From Planctomycetota bacterium (GTDB taxonomy: Bacteria > Planctomycetota > Phycisphaerae > Sedimentisphaerales > Anaerobacaceae): a DNA stretch of 64,000 nt. Both the position numbers and the translations under genes were made by a program. The notes below the pieces were generated by a model that did not search any database, was not told the DNA's origin, and saw only the letters and a list, made by a program, of their open reading frames with translations. Below are positions 26,698-35,286 of the stretch, one piece after another. The stretch spans positions 6,109 to 70,108 of the forward strand of contig JADFJC010000003.1 in assembly GCA_022566315.1 (NCBI GenBank), in the 5' to 3' direction. Within the stretch, counting starts at the first letter, position 1, and every line of letters begins with the position of its first letter.

Positions 26698-28089
26698 GTG
26701 GCGGAAGCGGATTGCATTCCTGTTCATTTCAGTCCGGAAGCGAACGTTTTGTGGAAAACCGTTATTCCCGCGGGCCACTCGTCTCCTGTCATCTGGAACA
26801 ATCGCATCTTTCTTACCGCCAGTGAACCAGCCAATAAAAAGGAACTCATTACGTTAGCCATCGATCGCCAAGACGGCAAAATCCTATGGCGACAGGTTGT
26901 TCAGGCCGAAACAAAGGTAAGGTTTCATCCACTGAATAATCCCGCATCTTCCACGCCGACCGCGGACGATAAGCATGTTTATGTCTATTTCGGGACCTAC
27001 GGGCTGATTTGTTACGACCATGCGGGAAACGAGGTCTGGCAGCGTAAAATCGACACGCCGAAAAGCAAATATGGAATGGCGACCTCGCCTATATTGTATG
27101 AAGACAAAGTGATCCTGGTTTTGGACGGCGACGGCGGTTCCTCTCGTTTGCTGGCGCTCCATCGAGACACCGGTAAGACGGTCTGGGAACAGCCGAGATC
27201 GTTGTTCAAGGCCGGCTGGTCAACGCCCGTGATCTGGCGTCATGGTGAGGCCGAAGAGCTTGTCGTGTTGGGTTCCAAACGGCTGACGTCCTACAACCCG
27301 TCCACCGGCGAGGAGATATGGTGGGCCGGTGGTTTTTCGCGCGAAACAGTCGGTATCCCCATAACCGGCGATGGGCTTCTGTTTGCCGGCGCCGCGGCCC
27401 TGGGTGGACGCGGAGATGATAAGTTGGATGCCGCTGGAACCTGGAAAATCACCGTCGAGGAGTTCGACCGGAATCACGACAATCAAATACAGCGCGACGA
27501 AATGACGAAAGGCTTTGCTTTTATACAGCGACCGGAGTTGCCCAAAGACAATCCCGGTTATGGGTTGCCGGTCAAAAACATGGACACTCTGCTGAAAATC
27601 TTCGACCATGACAAGAACCGGATCATCAGTGAAGCCGAATGGATGCAAACGATGTCAGGCTTCGCCGCCCATAGCCAACCCAACCTGGTGGCAATTCGTC
27701 CCGGAGCGACAAAGGATGCCCGAAAATCGCATGTGGCCTGGGAAATTCGGCGCGGCATTCCCGAGACGCCCTCGCTGCTCTATTGTCGGGGAAAACTCTA
27801 CCTCCTGCGGGCAGGCGGTGTGTTAACCTGCCTGGAGGCATCAACCGGAAAAGAACTCTTCCGCGAACGAATCGGGGCTGCGGGGCAATATATCGCATCA
27901 CCCATTGTTGCGGGCGAGAAGATTATCGCTGCCTCCGTGCGAGGCGTCGTGACGATCATCCAGGTTGATGACAAACTGCACGTTCTGGCGAGGAACGATT
28001 TCGGAGAAAAGATTTTTGCCACTCCGGCGGTTGCCGAAAATAAAATATATTTGCGGACAACCGGTCATTTGTACGCCTTGGGCGAGTGA
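26698..28089 (+). CDS. PQQ-like beta-propeller repeat protein with inserted EF-hand pair; 5' end unresolved
   Basis: BamB/PQQ-like repeats (SSPVIWNNRIFLTAS, YVYFGTYGLICYD, ...KIYLRTTGHLYALG). EF-hand loops DRNHDNQIQRDE and DHDKNRIISEAE. The conserved N-terminal WNQFRGPNGQG lies upstream of the GTG at 26698 in the same frame, with no canonical start codon before it. Confidence 0.65.
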   Translation: MAEADCIPVHFSPEANVLWKTVIPAGHSSPVIWNNRIFLTASEPANKKELITLAIDRQDGKILWRQVVQAETKVRFHPLNNPASSTPTADDKHVYVYFGTYGLICYDHAGNEVWQRKIDTPKSKYGMATSPILYEDKVILVLDGDGGSSRLLALHRDTGKTVWEQPRSLFKAGWSTPVIWRHGEAEELVVLGSKRLTSYNPSTGEEIWWAGGFSRETVGIPITGDGLLFAGAAALGGRGDDKLDAAGTWKITVEEFDRNHDNQIQRDEMTKGFAFIQRPELPKDNPGYGLPVKNMDTLLKIFDHDKNRIISEAEWMQTMSGFAAHSQPNLVAIRPGATKDARKSHVAWEIRRGIPETPSLLYCRGKLYLLRAGGVLTCLEASTGKELFRERIGAAGQYIASPIVAGEKIIAASVRGVVTIIQVDDKLHVLARNDFGEKIFATPAVAENKIYLRTTGHLYALGE

Positions 28090-28344
28090 ATCGCATCTCG
28101 GATGAATTCTTGTACTCTACGACCTTCAGATACCCTTCATCTTAAGTTTGGCCATTGTAGAACGCTAAAACACCTCTCAGAGCAGTCCTACAGAAAATCC
28201 TGAGCCTGTCTAACTTTCTCATTGAATCCTGGGCTAAAGAGAAAACGACAAAATGTTTGATTAGAAGGGCCTTGTTCGTTAGACTACTCTGAGTACTTAT
28301 TGGAGTGATACTGCTGTTATGATAAATCATTTTAGAGGTAACCT

Positions 28345-28659
28345 ATGTCAACTATCACGAAAAGAGAACTTATCGACAGAATTGCTAAAAATACTCAGGC
28401 TAAGCGTGCGTTGGTTAAAGCTACAATTCAGTACGTTTTCGATGAAATCACCTCTGAACTTACCAAAGGCAACCGCTTGGAGTTCCGCGACTTTGGGGTT
28501 TTTGAAACTAAAACACGGGCAGCCAGAACAGCACAGAACCCAAAGACTCTGGAAAAAGTTCATGTTCCAGCTAAGCTAACAGTCAAGTTCAAGATGGGTC
28601 GGTTGATGAAGCAGAAGGTAAATACTCCCAAAAACGCAGGAGCGCGGTTGACAAAATGA
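28345..28659 (+). CDS. HU/IHF-family DNA-binding protein
   Basis: 104 aa. ITKRELIDRIA...VFDEITSELTKGNRLEFRDFGVFETKTRAARTAQNPKTLEKVHVPAKLTVKFKMG is the bacterial histone-like fold pattern. Confidence 0.85.
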   Translation: MSTITKRELIDRIAKNTQAKRALVKATIQYVFDEITSELTKGNRLEFRDFGVFETKTRAARTAQNPKTLEKVHVPAKLTVKFKMGRLMKQKVNTPKNAGARLTK

Positions 28660-29090
28660 CAGAAATACAGCCAATTCTATTATCGGCAATCACTTGTAAT
28701 AGAGTCATTTTTGACAAAGTCTCTGGTATGCCGAGTATTATAGATATTGTTCAAACTATCAATGCTCCAAGATACCCGGCAAGACATCCACAAATTGTCT
28801 TCTTCTGTGAGCTAACGAATGGGCATGGCGCAACGAAAGCGAAAATAAGACTCGTTGATGCTCAGGAAGAGGAGAAAATTATATTTGAGAAAGAAGGAAC
28901 AGTACAGTTTAAGGATGTTAAGCAAATCGTTACTTTAGCGATGGATTTGCGCGGCATTGTCTTCCCCCACCCTGGAGAGTATCGTTTTCAGCTATTTGCC
29001 GGAGGATATTTACTCGGGGAAAGACGAATTACTTGTCGAAAGATTAAACTGCTACCAAATGCCGGGGCTAATGAGCGCAAAGAAGACTGA
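28656..29090 (+). CDS. Hypothetical protein, translationally coupled to the HU/IHF gene
   Basis: 144-aa ORF. Its ATG overlaps the HU stop (ATGA). No family recognised. Confidence 0.55.
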   Translation: MTEIQPILLSAITCNRVIFDKVSGMPSIIDIVQTINAPRYPARHPQIVFFCELTNGHGATKAKIRLVDAQEEEKIIFEKEGTVQFKDVKQIVTLAMDLRGIVFPHPGEYRFQLFAGGYLLGERRITCRKIKLLPNAGANERKED

Positions 29091-29123
29091 GAGTGTAATT
29101 ACAAACAGCAGTTTTCTCATATT

Positions 29124-29372
29124 ATGACTATTAGGAAACCTATGGATACTGTTCTCTATATCATTGCCGGCCCGCTTTTTCTAATATCCATAGCTGCACA
29201 TTTGTATGTAAAACTTCGCCTGCGACCAAAAGAAAACTCAGCTTTAGAGGACTATTACCACGAATTCGAAGACCAGCAGCCAGATTTCGCAAGGTATGTA
29301 AAATGGTCAAGAATTACTTTCAGCGCTGCTGCTGCAGGCGCTTTACTGTTGTTTATTGCCGCAGTAATTTAA
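29124..29372 (+). CDS. Small two-TM membrane protein (hypothetical)
   Basis: 82-aa ORF with two hydrophobic segments (VLYIIAGPLFLISIAAHLYV, FSAAAAGALLLFIAAVI). Confidence 0.4.
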   Translation: MTIRKPMDTVLYIIAGPLFLISIAAHLYVKLRLRPKENSALEDYYHEFEDQQPDFARYVKWSRITFSAAAAGALLLFIAAVI

Positions 29373-29464
29373 CTTCTGAAGGGCTAATACTCAAGTAGTC
29401 TGATTGAGAATTGATAAATGCAGGTGAGCCCCTGCTCGATGAAAAAATTCTTAGGAGGTATGAG

Positions 29465-30784
29465 ATGTTTATACGAAAGTATTATACTTTTTTGGTACTT
29501 GTATTGGCAGCCTTGTCCGCAGCTCAAGCCAGCGATTGGCCGCAGTGGCGTGGTCCTTACTTCAACGGTTCCACCGACGAAAAGAACCTGCCCTCAAATT
29601 GGAGCAAAACCGACAAAATCGTCTGGAGTGTCGATTTAGCCGGCTCCTCCGCCGCTACTCCGATTATTTCGGGAAATAGGGTCTTTCTGTCGGGTGTTGA
29701 TTCTGACAGAGACATGCTATTGGCGATGTGTTTCGATCGCACCAGTGGAAAACTTCTATGGCAACACGACATTGGGAAAGGTATCAGCAAAGATAGGCGC
29801 AGTACCTGTGCAGCTGCCTCCCCGGTTACTAATGGCAAGATCGTTGTCTTCTTCTACGCCAATGGTGACCTCATATGCTTTGATCTGAACGGTCATCGCC
29901 AATGGGCACGCAATATTCGTGATGACTATGGACCCTTCGCGTTTCTGTGGACTTTCAGCAGTAGTCCCACATTGTTTAACGGCAAACTATATTTGCAGGT
30001 ATTACAACGAGATGTGCCGGTGCAAGGTCGTGGTCTGAAAGATAAGAAGAACGAATCATACCTTTTAGCTATGGATCCGGGTACCGGCAAGACCCTATGG
30101 CGTCAGATCCGTCCAAGTAAAGCCCGGTCCGAATCGCGTGAAGCGTTTAGCACGCCGATTCCTTTTTCTTTCAATGGGAATCAACAGTTGTTGATTGTTG
30201 GAGGTGATGTGCTGACCGGACATGACCTTGAAACAGGCAAGGAATTGTGGCGATGGGGCACCTGGAATCCCAGACGCATTACACATTGGCGGCTTGTACC
30301 TTCTCCGATTACAGGCGACGGCGTCATCCTCGTCTGCGCTCCCAAGAATTATCCGGTCTATGCTATTCGGCCCACAGGAACCGGTGTGCAGGATGACAGT
30401 GCCATCGTTTGGGTCAGCCAGGAAGTTCGAGAAGTCTCATCTGATGTGCCAACACCGGCCTATTATGACGGCGATTTTTTCGTGCTCAGCGACTTGCGGA
30501 AGCGTCTGTCGCGAGTGGAACCGCAAACGGGTAAGGTAAAGTGGACCATCCAGACACCGGGCAGAGCCAAATATGAAGCTTCGCCACTTGCCGCAGATGG
30601 AAAAATTTACATAATCAATCACGCTGGAGAAGTTGCCGTGGTCAATGCAGCAAATGGTGAGATCATCAACTTGATTTCCATGGACGAACCTATCGGTCGA
30701 GAAGTCGTTCGCGCATCTATCAGCGCCGCATATAGTCAGCTATTCATACGTACGACACGCCGGTTATACTGCGTGGGTAAGTGA
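29465..30784 (+). CDS. Secreted PQQ-like beta-propeller repeat protein (BamB-like)
   Basis: Signal peptide MFIRKYYTFLVLVLAALSAAQA, then DWPQWRGPYFNG and repeated propeller blades (ATPIISGNRVFLSG, GKIVVFFYANGDLICFD, ...LFIRTTRRLYCVG). Paralog of 26698-28089. Confidence 0.75.
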   Translation: MFIRKYYTFLVLVLAALSAAQASDWPQWRGPYFNGSTDEKNLPSNWSKTDKIVWSVDLAGSSAATPIISGNRVFLSGVDSDRDMLLAMCFDRTSGKLLWQHDIGKGISKDRRSTCAAASPVTNGKIVVFFYANGDLICFDLNGHRQWARNIRDDYGPFAFLWTFSSSPTLFNGKLYLQVLQRDVPVQGRGLKDKKNESYLLAMDPGTGKTLWRQIRPSKARSESREAFSTPIPFSFNGNQQLLIVGGDVLTGHDLETGKELWRWGTWNPRRITHWRLVPSPITGDGVILVCAPKNYPVYAIRPTGTGVQDDSAIVWVSQEVREVSSDVPTPAYYDGDFFVLSDLRKRLSRVEPQTGKVKWTIQTPGRAKYEASPLAADGKIYIINHAGEVAVVNAANGEIINLISMDEPIGREVVRASISAAYSQLFIRTTRRLYCVGK

Positions 30785-30939
30785 CACCAGTTGTCACAAC
30801 ATCAGCCGGGCCCAGTACATGAATTAGCAAAATGATTCATTTGAATCTCACTTTTTCTCTTGCATCCTATTGTCATAATACGTAAAATTAATGCTTTCAG
30901 CTTTATAGCAAACAACTAAAACCATAATAAAGGAGAAAA

Positions 30940-32286
30940 ATGATGAAGACCAACATCGTTCAACGACGCCAGTTTCTGAAATCCACCGCGGCCACAGGAA
31001 TCGGATTGCTCATTTTACCCAGCGGTACACTCTCCGGCGCCAACGCACCGAGCAACAAGCTCAATATCGCCATGATCGGTACATGGGGCCGGGCCGATGC
31101 GCATTTCGGCGCGATCTCGAGCGAGAACGTCGTAGCCCTGTGCGACGTGGACGAGAACCACATCGCCCACGCCGCCAGGAAGTTCCCAAAAGCCAAAACA
31201 TACGTCGATTGGCGTAAATGCCTCGAACAAAAGGACATCGATGCCGTGATTTGCTGCACCACGGACCACACCCACGCTTTCATAGCCAATTGGGCGTTGA
31301 ATCGCGGCCTGCACTGCTACTGCGAAAAGCCCCTGGGCAATACCGTTGAAGAAGCACGCATCGTCCGCTTAAACTACCTCAAGAACAAACATAAACTGGC
31401 CACGCAGGTCGGCACGCAGCGTCACGCCAAACCAAACTTCGAGCGTGTGCGCGAGCTAATCAAAGACGGAGCGATTGGCGAGCTAACAGATGCCTACGCC
31501 TGGGGCAATCGCCAGCTTCGCAGGTCCGGCTACCTGCCCGCAAAAGGCACGCCGCCAAAGACCTTCCACTACGACTTGTGGATTGGGCCGGCACCCTTCC
31601 ATCCGTACAATCCCGGCTATTTCAAAGGCGGTCCCGGTATGAATTGCCTCTCGTGGAATATGTACTGGGATTTCGGCACCGGCCAGGTCGGCGATATGGG
31701 CAGTCATACGATCGACCTGGTGTGGAATGCGATTGACGCGGGTCTTCCGACGACCGCAGAAGGCCAGGGCGAGAAGTTCAATCCTGAAGTCTCACCCGTC
31801 GAATTGCACATCTCTTTCGATATCCCCGCGAACGATTGGCGCGGGCCTATCCGCGTCCACTGGTACCAGGGCGGCATGATGCCAAGATCGCCGAAGAAAT
31901 ACATCGATCTTAAAAGGATCGGACACGGTGCTATGTTCAAGGGCACCAAGGGTTATGTTATCTGTGATTACGATTCTCGGATTCTGCTGCCGTTCGGCGA
32001 CGACGCCGACCTGACGTATCACAAGAGACGGACAAAGGATGAGGTGATTCCGCCGTTAGGTCACTTCCAGAAGGAATGGGTCAATGCGTGCAAGGGCGAC
32101 CTGAAGACGCATTGTGATTTCGACTACGGCGGCAAGGCGATCGAGATGATGCTGCTGGGTCTTGTTGCCTACCGTGTTGGCAAGAAGCTTGATTACGACG
32201 GTGCGGCGGGTCGTGTCACCAACAGCGCTGAGGGCAACGATCTCCTGCGCCGCCAGTACCGCCCCGGCTGGATCCTCAACGGGTAA
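30940..32286 (+). CDS. Gfo/Idh/MocA-family oxidoreductase with TAT signal
   Basis: RRQFLKSTAATGIGLLILP twin-arginine signal. Rossmann segment LNIAMIGTWGRADAHF, VVALCDVD and CEKPL are typical of the family. Confidence 0.85.
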   Translation: MMKTNIVQRRQFLKSTAATGIGLLILPSGTLSGANAPSNKLNIAMIGTWGRADAHFGAISSENVVALCDVDENHIAHAARKFPKAKTYVDWRKCLEQKDIDAVICCTTDHTHAFIANWALNRGLHCYCEKPLGNTVEEARIVRLNYLKNKHKLATQVGTQRHAKPNFERVRELIKDGAIGELTDAYAWGNRQLRRSGYLPAKGTPPKTFHYDLWIGPAPFHPYNPGYFKGGPGMNCLSWNMYWDFGTGQVGDMGSHTIDLVWNAIDAGLPTTAEGQGEKFNPEVSPVELHISFDIPANDWRGPIRVHWYQGGMMPRSPKKYIDLKRIGHGAMFKGTKGYVICDYDSRILLPFGDDADLTYHKRRTKDEVIPPLGHFQKEWVNACKGDLKTHCDFDYGGKAIEMMLLGLVAYRVGKKLDYDGAAGRVTNSAEGNDLLRRQYRPGWILNG

Positions 32287-32304
32287 AGCGATAACAGATA
32301 AGAG

Positions 32305-33123
32305 ATGAAACGTTATATTGTTCACGGGTTGTTCTGTTTATTCATTGTCAGTATATCAGGATGTACGAAGTCTGTCGAAATCATCGCACACCGTGGGGCA
32401 TCATACATAGCTCCGGAGAACACCATGGCTTCAGTCATGCTTGGTTGGGAAAAAGGAGCTGATGTGGAGATAGACGTGCACTTGTCGAAGGATAATCGCA
32501 TTGTCGTTATTCATGATAGCTCGACAAAACGTACAGGTGAAATAGATCTTGAGGTTAAAGAGGCTACCTCCCAGGATCTCCGCAAGCTTGATGTGGGGCG
32601 TTTCAAATCGGAAGAATATGCTGGAGAGCAAATCCCTTTTCTGGACGATATTATCGAGACAATACCTCCTGGACGGAAACTCTATGTTGAAATAAAATGC
32701 GGGAAAGAGGTTTTGCCCATTCTCCGGAAACTCATCATCCAGAGCGGTAAAATGTCTCAAATAGTCATTATCGGTTTCGACCTGGAAACAGTGGCAATGT
32801 CCAGGGAGCTTATCGATGTCCCCACATATTGGCTCAAGGGAACCGAAAAAGACGAAGAAACCGAGGAATGGATTCCGCACGACCCGCAACTTGTTCAAAT
32901 AGCTAAGAATAAAGGCCTCGACGGTCTTGATGTTCATTACGCTGGTGTTACGAAGGACTTTATGGATGCCGTTAAAGCTTCGGGACAAAAGCTCTATGTC
33001 TGGACAGTGGACAAGCCAGAACAAGCAATTCGGCTGATCAAACTTGGTGTAGATGGAATAACTACCAATCGTCCCGCCTGGCTTAGAAAGCAGTTGAGGA
33101 CAGAGGACAGAAAACAGAACTGA
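32305..33123 (+). CDS. Glycerophosphodiester phosphodiesterase (GDPD family), lipoprotein-like signal
   Basis: IIAHRGASYIAPENTMAS, EIDVHLSKDNRIVVIHD and ...VWTVD...GVDGITTNRP are GDPD hallmarks. SISGC lipobox. Confidence 0.85.
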   Translation: MKRYIVHGLFCLFIVSISGCTKSVEIIAHRGASYIAPENTMASVMLGWEKGADVEIDVHLSKDNRIVVIHDSSTKRTGEIDLEVKEATSQDLRKLDVGRFKSEEYAGEQIPFLDDIIETIPPGRKLYVEIKCGKEVLPILRKLIIQSGKMSQIVIIGFDLETVAMSRELIDVPTYWLKGTEKDEETEEWIPHDPQLVQIAKNKGLDGLDVHYAGVTKDFMDAVKASGQKLYVWTVDKPEQAIRLIKLGVDGITTNRPAWLRKQLRTEDRKQN

Positions 33124-33147
33124 TTTCTGACCTCTGACTTCTGATTT
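33097..33147. repeat. 7-nt-periodic imperfect palindrome (CAGAGGA / TCTGACT type), copy at the GDPD 3' end
   Basis: CAGAGGACAGAAAACA (33101-33116) pairs with TGATTTCTGACCTCTG (33121-33136), giving 14/16 bp and a GAAC loop. The GDPD stop codon lies in the right arm. Same sequence type as 46041-46133. Confidence 0.65.
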
Positions 33148-33168
33148 TAGGAACAGGAGAAACGGCAA

Positions 33169-33393
33169 GTGAATATGCTGCGAGTTTGGCCGATTGTCTG
33201 CCAGTTCGGTATTGGTGCATTATTATGCCTCATCGGAATCTGGGGTGGATTACGCGGGGGATACCTTAACCTTAAAATCGCCGAAGACCGCCGGTTCGTA
33301 GTGATACTCGTCGCTGGTTTCTTGTTAATGCTGGCCATCGTATGTATCTTTACATTTCTGGCACCCTATTGGGCAAACGGAGAATCGTTATGA
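33169..33393 (+). CDS. Small membrane protein preceding the SSS transporter (possible small subunit)
   Basis: 74 aa with two TM segments. Its stop overlaps the transporter ATG (ATGA at 33390-33393). Confidence 0.45.
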   Translation: MNMLRVWPIVCQFGIGALLCLIGIWGGLRGGYLNLKIAEDRRFVVILVAGFLLMLAIVCIFTFLAPYWANGESL

Positions 33394-35225
33394 TTGCTCA
33401 AGCTATCGGCGGAAATCTCGACTACGCAGTTATGCTGTGCTATTTCGTTGCGGTGCTTGGGTTCGGCCTGTATTTCGGTCGATATACTACCACTACCAAA
33501 GACTTCTTTTTCGGAGGACAGAGATTTTCATGGTGGCTGATTTCTTTTTCATGTATCGCCACAGTCGTTGGAAGTTACAGTTTCATAAAGTACAGCACGG
33601 TCGGATTTAAATATGGCATTTGCAGCACGCAGTCCTACCTCAACGATTGGTTCTGGATGCCAATCCTCGTGCTGGTCTGGATACCAATAATATATTACAG
33701 AAAGATTCAATCGATTCCCGAGTATTTGGAAGCTCGATTCGATAGAAAGACACGCATCGCTGCCACGTTTATTATCCTGCTCTACCTTATTGGATACATC
33801 GGTATCAACCTCATCACGTTGGGCAGGACGCTGCACACGCTGTTAGGCTGGCAGGTTGTAACCGGAGCGGTAATAACAGCAGTAGCTGTGGCTTTATATG
33901 TTTACATTGGTGGACAAACAGCGATTATTATGACCGACCTTGTCCAGGGACTAATATTGCTCATTGCGGGCCTGGGGCTGTTCGCTGCCGCTATTTATCA
34001 TTTCGGCGGTTTTGGCGAATTCTGGTCACTGCTTCCGCAGGAACATAAATATGCTTTTTCGGATTTCAATGCACCGCCCAAGTTCAGTTTTATCGGTATC
34101 TACGTCCAGGACGGGCTGGCCAATACCGGAGCACTCATGCTCATGCACCAGGGTTTTATCATGCGATTTCTCTCGCTCAAGAGTGTTAAAGATTCGCGTC
34201 GGATGGTGGTCTGCTGGATCCTCGTGCTGGCTCCACTGGCTGCCATCGCCACCAGTTGCGGCGGATGGATTGCCAGGGCGCTGGTTAACAATGGCGAGCT
34301 GACCACTGAAGCCTCGGATTCTTTTGTCAAAGCCGCTCATTTTATATGTGCCCCGGGTATTTTCGGTTTTGTGCTCGCAGCCTTGACCGCAGCGTTAATG
34401 AGTACTGCCGATACGCTTATCAATGCTGTAAGCGCAATATTTGTCAACGACGTCTGGAGACCATACGTCAAGCCTGGAAGCAGCGACAAACACTATCTGC
34501 GGGTGGCGCGAATAACGAGTTTGTGCGCAGCCGGTTTGGGCCTGGCTTTAGTACCTATATTTATGAAAGATACCATTTATGGGGCGCACAGTATGTTTAC
34601 GGCTGCCGTTACACCGCCGGTTCTGACAGCTATCTTTCTGGGGATTATCTGGAAGCGATATACCCCTGCGGCTGCCTTTGTAACCATCGTCGGTGGGGCT
34701 GTCCTGATTGGTTTGTCTTTCATCTGGCCGGATGCGCTGGTGGGGCCTTTTGACTTCGGAATGGGGCCGGACAGCTACAAGTTCATGCGGGCTTTATTCG
34801 GCTTGTTAGCGGCAGGGACTCTTGGTGTTTCTGTAACATGCTTTACCAAACCGAAACCAGAGGCTGAATTGAAAGGACTCGTTGCCGGGACCCAAATTTA
34901 TGCTATGCGTAAGTTCAAAGGAGGCCAACCCAATCTAAAACCCGGTGGAAAAGTGCGACTCCAGACCAAACTTGACAAAAGCCTCGCAGGGGAAAACGTC
35001 GTTATCGTTTCTCAACCGGCATTAGACAAAATGGCTGCCGAACCAGGTGACCTGCTTTATGCCAGTCATATCCGCTGGTGGTATGGAGGGTTGCGCTCCG
35101 TCCATGTCAAAGCCGGCCCGCCCGCCGGCTCGGACCAAAGTGAACTTATATTAATCAGTCCGGAAGACGCCGCCACGGCACACTTTACTGAAGGACAACA
35201 AGTGGTGGTTGAAAAGATTATGTGA
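33390..35225 (+). CDS. Sodium:solute symporter (SSS) family transporter with ~120-aa cytoplasmic C-terminal extension
   Basis: Polytopic. FFGGQRFSWWLISFSCIATVVGSYSF, IPEYLEARFD and MSTADTLINAVSAIFVNDV are SSS-type motifs. Start chosen at MIAQAIGG. Confidence 0.85.
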   Translation: MIAQAIGGNLDYAVMLCYFVAVLGFGLYFGRYTTTTKDFFFGGQRFSWWLISFSCIATVVGSYSFIKYSTVGFKYGICSTQSYLNDWFWMPILVLVWIPIIYYRKIQSIPEYLEARFDRKTRIAATFIILLYLIGYIGINLITLGRTLHTLLGWQVVTGAVITAVAVALYVYIGGQTAIIMTDLVQGLILLIAGLGLFAAAIYHFGGFGEFWSLLPQEHKYAFSDFNAPPKFSFIGIYVQDGLANTGALMLMHQGFIMRFLSLKSVKDSRRMVVCWILVLAPLAAIATSCGGWIARALVNNGELTTEASDSFVKAAHFICAPGIFGFVLAALTAALMSTADTLINAVSAIFVNDVWRPYVKPGSSDKHYLRVARITSLCAAGLGLALVPIFMKDTIYGAHSMFTAAVTPPVLTAIFLGIIWKRYTPAAAFVTIVGGAVLIGLSFIWPDALVGPFDFGMGPDSYKFMRALFGLLAAGTLGVSVTCFTKPKPEAELKGLVAGTQIYAMRKFKGGQPNLKPGGKVRLQTKLDKSLAGENVVIVSQPALDKMAAEPGDLLYASHIRWWYGGLRSVHVKAGPPAGSDQSELILISPEDAATAHFTEGQQVVVEKIM

Positions 35226-35286
35226 GGTCGGGATAGGCCAACGCAGCACACCGGGCTTATAACCGAAACTGAATAACACTGAGACA

